NCBI GenBank assembly: GCA_963664705.1
Contig: OY761556.1
Location: 3,296,001-3,360,000 of the forward strand
Source of the DNA: Acidobacteriota bacterium
GTDB lineage: Bacteria; Acidobacteriota; UBA6911
Length of the DNA: 64,000 nucleotides
Direction of reading: 5' to 3'
Shown one piece after another: positions 37,088 through 46,888 of this stretch. Position 1 is the first letter of the stretch, and each line of letters opens with the position of its first letter. The position numbers and the translations under genes were made by a program. A model generated the notes under the pieces. The model was not told the DNA's origin, searched no databases, and was given only the letters and a program-made list of their open reading frames with translations.

Positions 37088-37993
37088 ATGAAAGCTTGTC
37101 CCGCGGCAGAATCCGCATCACCGTCCCGTATCTTCCGGGACAGGACTTTCGATCTTATCGAGCTGACCAAACCGAAACTCACCCTGCTGGTTCTCTTCAC
37201 CACTTTTGTCGGGTTTTGGACCGGATCCGATGGTTCCATCGCGGTTGCGTTGTTATTCCATACGCTGATCGGCACAGCTCTGATGTCGGGAGGGGCCAGC
37301 GCATTCAATATGTATACTGAGCAGCACACCGATGCTCTGATGGATCGCACTGCGCTGCGGCCCATCGTTTCCGGACGACTCCGGTCGGGGCATGCCCTCC
37401 TTTTCGCATTTCTTATCTCTCTCAGCGGGCTCATCTATCTTTTTATGCTGGTGAACCACCTCACCAGTCTTCTCTCAGCCATCATATTCGCCTGCTATCT
37501 TTTCCTGTACACGCCATTGAAAGCCAAAACCTGGCTGTGCACGCTTGTGGGAGCCATCCCTGGCGCTCTGCCGATTGTCATGGGATGGGCGGCAGCAACC
37601 GGATCAATGTCATCCGGGGCCTGGGTTCTCTTTGCCATTGTGTTCTGCTGGCAGATGCCTCATTTCTACGCAATCGGATGGATGTACCGCGATGACTACC
37701 GGAAAGCCGGCTTGCCGGTTCTATCGGTTGTAGACATGAGCGGGAAGAGAACCGGAAGGCAGGCCGTCGCATTTATCATCGCACTGATGATTATTTCTCT
37801 CTTCCTGTGGCCAATGGGAATGGCAGGCAGCATATATCCGGCAGGCGCGATTGCGTTGGGGCTTTTGTTCCTGCTGTCTGGAATTCACTTCGCCCGCACG
37901 CGCAGCCTGTCTTCGGCGCGCCGGTTGTTTCTGGTATCGGCCTTATACCTCCCGGCTCTACTTATTTTGCTTGTTCTTGACAGGCTGGATTGA
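37088..37993 (+). CDS. ctaB: Protoheme IX farnesyltransferase (heme o synthase)
   Basis: [35 protein letters not shown]. Confidence 0.95.
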   Translation: MKACPAAESASPSRIFRDRTFDLIELTKPKLTLLVLFTTFVGFWTGSDGSIAVALLFHTLIGTALMSGGASAFNMYTEQHTDALMDRTALRPIVSGRLRSGHALLFAFLISLSGLIYLFMLVNHLTSLLSAIIFACYLFLYTPLKAKTWLCTLVGAIPGALPIVMGWAAATGSMSSGAWVLFAIVFCWQMPHFYAIGWMYRDDYRKAGLPVLSVVDMSGKRTGRQAVAFIIALMIISLFLWPMGMAGSIYPAGAIALGLLFLLSGIHFARTRSLSSARRLFLVSALYLPALLILLVLDRLD

Positions 37994-38057
37994 TCGCACT
38001 GAGAAGTTTGCGGCGTTTGAAGCACCGCAAACTTCTCATAAGGTTGGGCGCCGCCAT

Positions 38058-40406
38058 TCAGGCTATGCGCTTCGATTCGGTGAGAGGAAAGAGTTCGCTG
38101 ATGACCTCCGCGACACTCTCGACAAGAACGAACTGCATTTCGTTTCGCACATGTTCCGGCAGATCCGAAAGACTTTTCTCGTTTTCTCTCGGAAGAATGA
38201 CCCGTTGGAGTCCCGCCCGTCTGGCCGCCAGCACTTTCTCTTTGATGCCCCCTACCGGCAGCACAAGTCCGGCCAGAGTAATTTCACCCGTCATGGCGGT
38301 ATCCCGGCGAACAGGGACCTTGGTATAAACCGACAGAAGCGCGGCCATAATAGTGATTCCGGCCGATGGTCCATCCTTGGGCACGGCTCCGGCGGGCACA
38401 TGGATATGGACCCCGGACGTTTGCAGTTGCCGAGCATCGATTCCAATCTCGTCGGCATGAGACCAGATATAGCTCCGGGCCGCGTGAGCCGATTCACGCA
38501 TCACATCTCCAAGGTGCCCGGTCAAAATCAGATCGCGCCCCTTGGGCAGCAACGCTGCTTCCACGTACAAAACATCTCCGCCGGTTTCAGTCCATGCCAG
38601 GCCTGTCGCAACACCCGGCGGCAACTGCTTTCTTCCCTGCTCAAACACGCTCTGCTCACTCCCGAGCAAATCGTTCAGCATCGATGGCAGTACCGTCACC
38701 GGCTCAGTCTTTCCTTCCGCAAACCGCAGCGCCACCTTGCGCATGAGTCGTCCTACAGACCGTTCCAGTTGCCGCACACCGGCTTCCCGCGTATAGCGCG
38801 TAATGATCCGTTTCAGCGTATCATCAGGAATTGCACAGTCTTCCGCCTTTAATCCGGTTTGAGCCACCTGTCTGGGGATAAGATATCGCTTTGCAATCTC
38901 GATCTTCTCTTCTTCACTGTACCCAGGCAGTCGTATGATTTCCATCCGGTCCAGCAGCGGCTCCGGAATGGTCTCGAGCGCATTGGCCGTGGTAATGAAC
39001 AGGACGTTGGAGAGGTCAAACGGCAGATCGAGATAATTATCCCGGAACGTGTGATTCTGCTCCGGATCGAGAATCTCCAGAAGCGCCGCCGCAGGGTCCC
39101 CGCGGAAATCGCGACCAAGCTTATCCACCTCATCCAGCATCAGGACCGGATTATTGGTGCCGGCCCGCCTCAAAGCGCGAATGATCACGCCGGGCATTGC
39201 GCCGATATAGGTGCGTCGATGACCCCGCAGCTCTGCCTCATCGTGCATTCCACCCAGGCTCATGCGCTCAAACGGACGGCCCATGGCGCGGGCGATTGAT
39301 TTGCCCAACGAGGTTTTGCCCACGCCGGGAGGTCCCACAAAGCAGAGAATTGGAGACTTTGCTTTAGGGTTGAGCTTCAATACTCCGAGTTGCTCGAGGA
39401 TCCGCTCCTTCACATCTTTGAGGTCGAAATGATCTTCATCCAGAATCTGGCGCGTTCCGGCTATATTCAGAGTATCTTCCGATTTCTTCTTCCAGGGCAG
39501 CTCAAGTACCAGTTCGAGGTAGGATTGCAGGACGTTCCTGTCTGGAGACGCGGAGGGTATTCTCTCCATCCGGTCCAGTTCCCTCTCCGCCTCTTTACGA
39601 ACAAGATCAGGAAGATCCGCGTTCTTCAGGCGTTCGCGGAGTCCTTCCACATCCGTTTTGTCTGAGCTCTTTTCCCCGAGTTCCTGCTGGATAGCCCGCA
39701 GCTGCTGCCGCAGAAGGTATTCCCGCTGTTCCTTTCCCATCTCCGTCTGCGCATCGCTGGCGATCTTGGACCGCAGTTCCATAACCTGCACTTCGTAATT
39801 GAGGTGGACGTGCATCAGGCGCAGAGCGTCCTGGACCGTTATAGCCTCCAGCAGTGCCTGCTCCTTGGCAACCTGAAGCCCTATCAGCGAAGCCAGCAGG
39901 TAGACAAGGTTCAACGGCTCTTCCACGCTCTCGACAACCTGTCCGAGTTGCTGGGCAGTCTGCGGCGTCGAAAGCGAAATCATCCGGTTGGCCATTTCCA
40001 AAATAGACCGCTGCAGCGCTTCGACTTCAGGACCTTTATCCTCGGGAAGCGGGAGAGAACGGACTCTTGCTTTCAGAAAGGGCTGCGACTGCTCGAGTTT
40101 GATCAGCACCACACGCTCAATTCCCTGAACCAGGACCTCCATATGATCAGACCGCGTTTTGGCAATCTTCTTGATGGCGGCCCGGCACCCGACCGTATAC
40201 AACTCCTCCTGGCCGGGCTTTTCCGTCGATGCATCCTTTTGCGTAAAAATCAGTATTTCATTATCTTCCGACCGTAGGGATTCCTCCGCAGCGGCAATCG
40301 ATATGCCCCTGCCAACAGAAAGAGGCATAAACAGTTGTGGGAACAGAACACTGTTCTTGATAGGCAATAGCGGAAGACTTCTCAGTTTTTCATGCTGCTC
40401 ATTCAT
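38058..40406 (-). CDS. lon: ATP-dependent protease La
   Basis: Lon N-domain, [23 protein letters not shown] (catalytic Ser), GGIKEK. Confidence 0.97.
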   Translation of the reverse strand: MNEQHEKLRSLPLLPIKNSVLFPQLFMPLSVGRGISIAAAEESLRSEDNEILIFTQKDASTEKPGQEELYTVGCRAAIKKIAKTRSDHMEVLVQGIERVVLIKLEQSQPFLKARVRSLPLPEDKGPEVEALQRSILEMANRMISLSTPQTAQQLGQVVESVEEPLNLVYLLASLIGLQVAKEQALLEAITVQDALRLMHVHLNYEVQVMELRSKIASDAQTEMGKEQREYLLRQQLRAIQQELGEKSSDKTDVEGLRERLKNADLPDLVRKEAERELDRMERIPSASPDRNVLQSYLELVLELPWKKKSEDTLNIAGTRQILDEDHFDLKDVKERILEQLGVLKLNPKAKSPILCFVGPPGVGKTSLGKSIARAMGRPFERMSLGGMHDEAELRGHRRTYIGAMPGVIIRALRRAGTNNPVLMLDEVDKLGRDFRGDPAAALLEILDPEQNHTFRDNYLDLPFDLSNVLFITTANALETIPEPLLDRMEIIRLPGYSEEEKIEIAKRYLIPRQVAQTGLKAEDCAIPDDTLKRIITRYTREAGVRQLERSVGRLMRKVALRFAEGKTEPVTVLPSMLNDLLGSEQSVFEQGRKQLPPGVATGLAWTETGGDVLYVEAALLPKGRDLILTGHLGDVMRESAHAARSYIWSHADEIGIDARQLQTSGVHIHVPAGAVPKDGPSAGITIMAALLSVYTKVPVRRDTAMTGEITLAGLVLPVGGIKEKVLAARRAGLQRVILPRENEKSLSDLPEHVRNEMQFVLVESVAEVISELFPLTESKRIA

Positions 40407-40713
40407 ATCAAATCCGTGACACCTTCCGAAGGCTCCAGCTCCGGGCGTAAAGTGTGGTTTGCAAACCCTTAACGCTCAATTCCGGAGCCTTTCCAACCTT
40501 CTATAAGCCTGACCGGCCGGATCAAGCATCCACTGTTTATGTAGAATCCGGGCAGGTCAATGTCAATTTGGAGGCGGCCGGCGATAGCAAAGCGGATTTT
40601 CTTTCAACGCATTGGAGAAATCTTTAAAAGCCGCGGGAAACCGAATCAATTGATGATCGAAGGGTCACCTGATATTCTAAGTGACGTTCACATACCTTCA
40701 AGGAGACGGACAG

Positions 40714-41223
40714 ATGACTCTTAAGAAAGTTCTAGCATTTGCGGTTTGTGTACTTTTTGCCCTGTCGTGCTTCGCCCAGGGAACCAGAGGCAAGGCCGAA
40801 CTGAAGGCAGGAGCCGGCCTCATTACTGTAGACTACGGTCGCCCGTCGCTGAAAGGACGCGACATGCTCGCCCAGCTCCCGGTTGGTCAATCCTGGAGAA
40901 TGGGTATGAACCAAGCCACCATTTTATCCACTCCGGTTGATTTGACATTCGGCTCAGTAAAACTCCCCAAAGGAAATTACAGCCTGTTCCTCAAAAAAGT
41001 TGATGCCGACAAATATGAAATAACCTTCAATTCTCAAACCGGGCAGTGGGGCACACAGCACGATGCAACCAAAGATGTGGCCCAGGCTCCCATGAAAAAG
41101 GAAGCGGTCGGCAGCCCGGTAGAAATGTTTACGCTCGATTTGAAGGGAACGCCCAAGGGCGGAACCATTATTATGAGCTGGGGTACCACTCAGCTGTCTG
41201 CCGATTTTCAGTTCGCTCAATAA
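40714..41223 (+). CDS. DUF2911 family secreted protein
   Basis: Signal peptide; VDYGRPSLKGR, WRMG.N.AT, G.YSLF, QWG. Confidence 0.85.
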   Translation: MTLKKVLAFAVCVLFALSCFAQGTRGKAELKAGAGLITVDYGRPSLKGRDMLAQLPVGQSWRMGMNQATILSTPVDLTFGSVKLPKGNYSLFLKKVDADKYEITFNSQTGQWGTQHDATKDVAQAPMKKEAVGSPVEMFTLDLKGTPKGGTIIMSWGTTQLSADFQFAQ

Positions 41224-41295
41224 TACCGAATTCCGATTATTAAGCCTTCGAAGCCCATTGAAGGCTCCGCGAAAAGCAACTCAGGATGTATACAA

Positions 41296-41358
41296 TTTGT
41301 GAAGTCTGCGGCCGCTTGATACATTTTTGCCGCAGATTTCGCAAATTGCGAAATCTGC
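41296..41358. repeat. Palindromic element (GCCGCAGATTTCGCA family)
   Basis: TTTGTGAAGTCTGCGGC / GCCGCAGATTTCGCAAA / TTGCGAAATCTGC arms. Confidence 0.5.
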
Positions 41359-41535
41359 AATGAGTGTTTATTCGCGCCCCGGCTCAATAGGCCACCCGCG
41401 GCAAGCGAAAAAAATCGCTTGCCGATCCGCAAGACGGATAACGGAAAACCGCACAAAACGGCACACTGCCGCAGCTCGTTCGTGCGGCGAACTCCCCGGC
41501 TGCTTCCGTAAATGCTCCTTCCAAATACACGCCTG

Positions 41536-41564
41536 TTGACTCGCCTGAAGCAGGCTGTTAGATT
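41536..41564 (+). promoter_or_regulatory. Sigma70-type promoter of gcvT
   Basis: TTGACT-17 bp-TAGATT with extended TG. Confidence 0.6.
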
Positions 41565-41597
41565 CTAAGAGCGCCCTTAAATAGGAAGCAATTTCAT

Positions 41598-42701
41598 ATG
41601 AATTCGATACCTAAAAAGACGCCGCTGAATTCGATTCATCGTCAATTAGGGGCTCGAATGGTGGATTTTGCCGGCTGGGACATGCCGGTCCAATATGCGG
41701 GCCCTTTGCCTGAACACCTGGCCGTCAGAACACGCGCCGGTATCTTTGATGTAAGCCACATGGGCGAACTGGAAGTGCAGGGGCCGAGCGCTCACGACAC
41801 GCTCCAGAAACTAACCTGCAATGACCTGAATCGCCTTGCCGTTTCTCAGTGCCAATACTCCGCTTTGACCACACCCAAGGGCGCCTTCGTCGACGATTTA
41901 CTGATTTACCGGATGGCGCCGGACCATTTTTTCCTTTGTGTGAATGCATCGAACCAGGAAAAGGACTTTGCCTGGATCCGCGATCATGCGTTGCCCAATA
42001 CAGAGGTTCGCTTTCGCAGCGATGAATTCACGCAGCTGGCCATTCAGGGCCCCAAAGCCCGGGAAATCCTGCAACCGCTGACTCCAATCCCCCTCTCCGC
42101 AATGAAGTATTACTGGTTCGCGCGTGGCATTTTTGCCGACGTGGAGGCCATCGTCTCCCGCACCGGGTACACGGGGGAAGATGGATTTGAGGTTTATTGT
42201 GCTCCCGACGCCGCGGAGCGCGTCTGGACCAGGATTATGGAATCCGGAAAACCGGCGGGACTGGAACCCGTAGGGTTGGCGGCGCGTAATACGCTGCGAC
42301 TCGAGGCGAAGCTGTTGTTGTACGGCAACGATATGGATGAAACAACCTCCATTCTTGAGGCCGATCTGGGATGGATATGCAAACTCGATAAAGGCGATTT
42401 CATCGGCCGGGATGAACTTTTGCGGCAACAACAGTCCGGACTCAAGCGAATTCTGGTCGGCTTTGAAATGATTGAACGGGGCATTGCCCGAGACCACTAC
42501 CCTGTGGAAATCGACGGGCTCCGCATTGGAAGCGTTGCCAGCGGAAGCCCTGCTCCTTTTCTTAAGAAAAACATTGGTCTGGTTTATCTCCCCATCGACC
42601 GGAAGGCCGTGGGAACCGAATTTGACGTCGTGATTCGTGAGAAGCCTGCGAAGGCACACGTTGTCCCAACCCCGTTCTACAGGAAGCCACCGCTAAAGTG
42701 A
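41598..42701 (+). CDS. gcvT: Glycine cleavage system aminomethyltransferase T
   Basis: [44 protein letters not shown]. Confidence 0.97.
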   Translation: MNSIPKKTPLNSIHRQLGARMVDFAGWDMPVQYAGPLPEHLAVRTRAGIFDVSHMGELEVQGPSAHDTLQKLTCNDLNRLAVSQCQYSALTTPKGAFVDDLLIYRMAPDHFFLCVNASNQEKDFAWIRDHALPNTEVRFRSDEFTQLAIQGPKAREILQPLTPIPLSAMKYYWFARGIFADVEAIVSRTGYTGEDGFEVYCAPDAAERVWTRIMESGKPAGLEPVGLAARNTLRLEAKLLLYGNDMDETTSILEADLGWICKLDKGDFIGRDELLRQQQSGLKRILVGFEMIERGIARDHYPVEIDGLRIGSVASGSPAPFLKKNIGLVYLPIDRKAVGTEFDVVIREKPAKAHVVPTPFYRKPPLK

Positions 42702-42736
42702 GCCCTGCGGAACCAGTCACTGCGAAGGAGCTTCGT

Positions 42737-43123
42737 ATGTATCCCGAGGATTATCTATATAGCAAAGATCACGAATGGATTTCAGTTCAGGACAATGTCG
42801 GGACAATCGGAATAACGGATTACGCCCAACATGAACTAGGAGATGTTGTTTATGTTGACCTTCCGGAAGTTGGTGACACTTTTGAATCCGGCGAACCCTT
42901 TGGTTCAGTGGAATCGGTCAAGGCAGTATCCGAAGTATTCTGCCCTGTAGCGGGCGAGGTTATCGAGGTCAACGCGAAGCTGGAGGAAAGCCCCGAACTG
43001 CTCAACCAGTCCCCACATCAACAGGCCTGGATGGTCAGGATACGACTTGCTCACTCTGAAGAGCTCAAATCGCTGCTTAGTTCCGAGGAATATGAGGAAT
43101 ACCTCCAGGAACAAGCCGGCTGA
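42737..43123 (+). CDS. gcvH: Glycine cleavage system H protein
   Basis: HEW, GITDYAQ.ELGD, VESVKA (lipoyl Lys). Confidence 0.97.
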   Translation: MYPEDYLYSKDHEWISVQDNVGTIGITDYAQHELGDVVYVDLPEVGDTFESGEPFGSVESVKAVSEVFCPVAGEVIEVNAKLEESPELLNQSPHQQAWMVRIRLAHSEELKSLLSSEEYEEYLQEQAG

Positions 43124-43143
43124 TCCGCATCGGCTTTCCGACT

Positions 43144-43191
43144 AAAAAGGACGCGGCCCTGATTTCTTAACAGGGCCACGTCCTTTTTTTT
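43144..43191 (+). terminator. Strong (bidirectional) intrinsic terminator
   Basis: A5-GGACGCGGCCCTG...CAGGGCCACGTCC-T8. Confidence 0.85.
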
Positions 43192-43274
43192 GCTTGCAAA
43201 AAATATTGAAAGATTGACTGCAGGCAGGTCCGGATCCAAAATACGTCCATCGGACAAGCTAGTGTGGGAGCCGC

Positions 43275-43829
43275 GTGACACCGAAGGAGGTCAAACGGGG
43301 TATGGTTGAGGAAGTAGAGGATCCGGAAGAGGAAAAAAAGAAAAGCAGTCCCCGCTGGGGAAAAACGGCAAAAGTTTCCCTGGGCGTTCTTGGAGGCCTG
43401 TCCCTGCTGATGGGCTATATCAGCGCAGCCGGAATGAAGGAATCGGAACGGGAAGCCGAAGCACGCAAACCGATAGACGAGTTCTTTGCAGCCTTCAATG
43501 CGCGCGATCTCGAGGCAGGACGGAGAACACTGCACTATCCGCACATCCAGATAGCAGGCAATGATGTTACGATTTTATACGAACCGGAATCCTTCCAGAT
43601 AGATTTCCAATCGCTGGCCTCGGAAGGCTGGACCCACGTTACGCTGGACTCCTGCGCCATGAGACAGAACTGTGACGAAAAAGTCCACTTTGAGGTCCAG
43701 CTCAGCATGCATAAGGGAGGAGAAGCCCGCTATGCAACTTATCAGGCATTGTGGATAGTGACCCGGAAAGACGATATTTGGGGCATCCAATGCCGCTCAA
43801 TCTTCCCCAGCGGCGTGCGTTTTTCCTGA
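43275..43829 (+). CDS. Membrane-anchored NTF2/SnoaL-like hypothetical protein
   Basis: One TM segment, then FFAAFNARD...HYPH...W.I pattern; start may be 43302. Confidence 0.65.
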   Translation: MTPKEVKRGMVEEVEDPEEEKKKSSPRWGKTAKVSLGVLGGLSLLMGYISAAGMKESEREAEARKPIDEFFAAFNARDLEAGRRTLHYPHIQIAGNDVTILYEPESFQIDFQSLASEGWTHVTLDSCAMRQNCDEKVHFEVQLSMHKGGEARYATYQALWIVTRKDDIWGIQCRSIFPSGVRFS

Positions 43830-43851
43830 TCCCGGCTTACCGATACCTGTT

Positions 43852-44139
43852 CTACTGCGCTTTCAACCGATCCAGGAGCATCTGCGGTATCTTCCCTGCA
43901 TGATTGGCAGCTTCCGTATTGCTGGCGGCCACCGTCAAAAATTTGGCATGATAGTCAACAGCTGCCTTCAAAGAGGAAAGCGAATAGGTCCCGCTGGATC
44001 CGAATGGCGACGGGAAAAATGCCGGCGTGTCTCCCATGGATTCGCCATTGCGGGAAAGAATATCGCTAACATCTTTCTTTTCTATCGGTTTAGACGACTC
44101 AATCAACGACTGTGAAACAAAGGCATTGTCAACTCTCAT
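43852..44139 (-). CDS. Small hypothetical protein
   Basis: GGAGG RBS, 95 aa, sigma54-like promoter upstream. Confidence 0.65.
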   Translation of the reverse strand: MRVDNAFVSQSLIESSKPIEKKDVSDILSRNGESMGDTPAFFPSPFGSSGTYSLSSLKAAVDYHAKFLTVAASNTEAANHAGKIPQMLLDRLKAQ

Positions 44140-44200
44140 AAAACCTCCGGAATAAACAAAACAGCTTCAGCCCCTCACTCCGCAGCAGGCCTATAGCGTA

Positions 44201-44216
44201 TGCATTAGCCGTGCCA
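44201..44216 (-). promoter_or_regulatory. Sigma54 (-24/-12) promoter
   Basis: Minus strand TGGCACGGCTAATGCA: GG-N10-GC with TGGCACG core. Confidence 0.65.
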
Positions 44217-44416
44217 ATGACGTCACGAACGGGGAGAAAAACGATTTGTAGCGCTGAATCTATGCCTCGGCGTCCACTGGTACATGTAAGGCTAAGCGTC
44301 TAAAGGATTTCACTGGAATACGGCAAGGAGGGTGCAAACAGATGCAGGCCTTTCCCGGTTGTACCGGGAAAGGCCTGCAGGATACTCCGCTAAAAAAACA
44401 GAGGGCAAGAGTCGGG

Positions 44417-45880
44417 TTAGACTTTTGCAAAACCGGAAAAGGATGCAGGGAAAATGCTTTCCAAAATTTTGGGCAGAATCCGCTGAGTTTGTTCCGGAGT
44501 CAGGCAGTATTGCATTTCGGAAAAACCCGCGCGGAATCCGGCGACATCGCCGGCAACGGTTTTCTTGCGCACCACAACATCCGCAACAAACCTGGCCAGG
44601 GTCGCGAAATCGGGCTCCTTCATTCCGAACCGGGTCATTTCCTGAACGCCCATACGAATACCGCTCGGGCGATAGAAGGTTTCGTCACCGGGCAACGCCT
44701 GGTAATTCGTAATAATATTGTTGGCTTCCAGGCGTGAGGCAATTTCCTTTGCATCTCCAAAAGAATTCAGCCGGATAAGAACCTGGTGCGTTCGCGTATA
44801 ACCGTCCGCCTCTCCCCCCTCCACCGGGACGCCTTCCGCTGCGCAGGCTTTTGCAAAAGCCCTTGCATTGGTCAAGACCTGCGCCTGGTATGCGTCCTTG
44901 AAGGCGTTCATTTCAATAGTAGCGGCAAGCATGGCCAGTTGAGTCCCGAGATGGTGGTTGCTGGTGGATCCTGGGAATGTCCGGGCCACAATTTCGGTCC
45001 AGAGCTTTTTATAGGCTGCGCCGTCGGGCAGCTTGGATGCAATGATACCTCGCTGCGGGCCGAAAAATGTCTTATGGGTCGAGCCGGTCACCACGTGGGC
45101 CCCTTCGACGAGTGGATCCTGGAAATGCTGCCCGAGGATGCCGAGAACATGAGCCCCGTCATACATGACCAAAGGCCGATAATCCGGGATGGTTTCGATG
45201 CAGGCACAGATCTCGCGGATGGGCTCCGGATAAAGGAACATGCTTTTCCCGAACACAATTATCGCCGGGCGGTTCTTGGTTAATAAAGCCAAAGCCTTGT
45301 CGATGTCTGTCTTGTAGGGATTTGCCTGGCTGATCGGGAAGTTGACGATGTTGCTTTCTGCGAAATTGAATAGCGCTCCGTACGGCTGAGCCGACAGGTG
45401 TCCCCCGTAATTGAGATCATTATTCATGACGCATTGAAGGCGCCCGGTTCCGCTCAATGAAGGAAACCCCTCGGGATTTGCGGAAAGGAATTTAACAAGG
45501 CCTTTGAAGACGATTTCATTGGCCATCTGGCCGCTAACGGCTCTCGATTCAACCTCGGTAGCGCCCAGAAATGCCGAAAATTCCGATTTCAACCGTTGTT
45601 CCATATGGTAGATGAAATCGGCGCCCTGGTAATAATAGACCTGGTCCCCTTTCAATGCTCCCGTTCCCGTAAGCGACTCGATTTCCTTTTTGAGCGCGGT
45701 TTTATGCTCCGCATATCGACCGGATGGATCGCTGATCTCGCAGAGTTTTACAAACAGGGATGGCGTATTTTCGGAAGGAATCAGGTTGAAGCACTTCCGT
45801 TGACGCCAGATATTGTTCTCCGCAACTTTTTCAGCAAGTTCTGTCAGCTTTTGTTCCAATGAGTTCATTTGTCTCTCCAA
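44417..45880 (-). CDS. glyA: Serine hydroxymethyltransferase-like PLP enzyme, archaeal-type motifs
   Basis: NLIPSEN, GRYAE, GGHLS, DGAHVLG, GSTHKTFFGPQRG (PLP Lys), FPGSTSNHH, SGIRMGVQEMTR. Confidence 0.8.
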   Translation of the reverse strand: MERQMNSLEQKLTELAEKVAENNIWRQRKCFNLIPSENTPSLFVKLCEISDPSGRYAEHKTALKKEIESLTGTGALKGDQVYYYQGADFIYHMEQRLKSEFSAFLGATEVESRAVSGQMANEIVFKGLVKFLSANPEGFPSLSGTGRLQCVMNNDLNYGGHLSAQPYGALFNFAESNIVNFPISQANPYKTDIDKALALLTKNRPAIIVFGKSMFLYPEPIREICACIETIPDYRPLVMYDGAHVLGILGQHFQDPLVEGAHVVTGSTHKTFFGPQRGIIASKLPDGAAYKKLWTEIVARTFPGSTSNHHLGTQLAMLAATIEMNAFKDAYQAQVLTNARAFAKACAAEGVPVEGGEADGYTRTHQVLIRLNSFGDAKEIASRLEANNIITNYQALPGDETFYRPSGIRMGVQEMTRFGMKEPDFATLARFVADVVVRKKTVAGDVAGFRAGFSEMQYCLTPEQTQRILPKILESIFPASFSGFAKV

Positions 45881-45927
45881 TTATCCAGGGATAGCATCGT
45901 ACACGCTTATGACTGCACGCGGCAAGT

Positions 45928-46743
45928 CTATGGGTTGGGGGTTACCGCCCGAAGTCTGTCGGCCACCGCAGTAATATCGGAACGGCTCGATAAATCCAAC
46001 ACCGGGCTGGTATAGGTCAGTGCTCTTAACGGCTCTTTCAAAACCTCGATTGCATACTGCACCGCATCGGTCAATTCCAGTTCACCACGAGCCGAGGGAG
46101 AAATGCTCGTACAGGCGCTGAAAATCACCGGCGAGAACATCCAGCAATTCATGCTGACATAAATGGGACTACCGAGCGAGCGAATTGTCTCCGGCAGCGG
46201 CTTTTCGTAGATTCGCTCGAGGCAACCGGCCGGATTCACTTTTGCTACTGCGAATTTTCCCACGCGATCCTCCGGGATATTGCTTCCCGCCACGAGTTGG
46301 TCGCGATCGAAAAGTGCGAGACCGGGACGGCCCAATTCTCTCAAGCCACGCAGTGCATCCACGGGGTAGTAATTATCCGAATTGATGACGAGAAAGAGAT
46401 CATTGCCTACAACCTCCCTGGCGGCAAGGACTGCATCGGCCGTACCCAGGGGTTTCTCCTGAACGGCAAACCGGATTCGGATGCGCCGGGGCACATTTTC
46501 CCGGTAATAATCCCGCACAATCTGGTGCTCCGGCCCAATAACCAGGCAGGCTTCGGAATAACCGGCATCCGCCAGCCCACTCAGCACATAGTCCAGGAAG
46601 GGCCGCCCAATCGGAATCATCGCCTTCACGCCTGAGTCTGCTATCGCCGTCTGCTGCCGATCCAGGGCGGCGGTTTCGTCCGACTTCCGCATCCTCGTCC
46701 CCAATCCCCGCGCAAGGATAACGGCCTTTTCCGAATAGTTCAT
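45928..46743 (-). CDS. Sugar-phosphate nucleotidyltransferase
   Basis: ILARGLGTRMR, KAMIPIG, Q..PLGTADA, EKP, S.RGELEL.DA. Confidence 0.9.
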   Translation of the reverse strand: MNYSEKAVILARGLGTRMRKSDETAALDRQQTAIADSGVKAMIPIGRPFLDYVLSGLADAGYSEACLVIGPEHQIVRDYYRENVPRRIRIRFAVQEKPLGTADAVLAAREVVGNDLFLVINSDNYYPVDALRGLRELGRPGLALFDRDQLVAGSNIPEDRVGKFAVAKVNPAGCLERIYEKPLPETIRSLGSPIYVSMNCWMFSPVIFSACTSISPSARGELELTDAVQYAIEVLKEPLRALTYTSPVLDLSSRSDITAVADRLRAVTPNP

Positions 46744-46888
46744 ATGGATCCCTCTAAGTGATCTTACAGCCTGGCAGTGCCAAACCTGCACAAACCCTAT
46801 ATTTTTTCACATAATAGCCAAATTCCCGACACCTTTTTCCCGAGAAAATGCATTGTATGGACCGGATCCGGTACTCTATTGTAGATAA

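Noticed and set aside
41224-41597. Glycine riboswitch upstream of gcvT
   Set aside because: No aptamer consensus, and the predicted promoter leaves only about 25 nt of leader.
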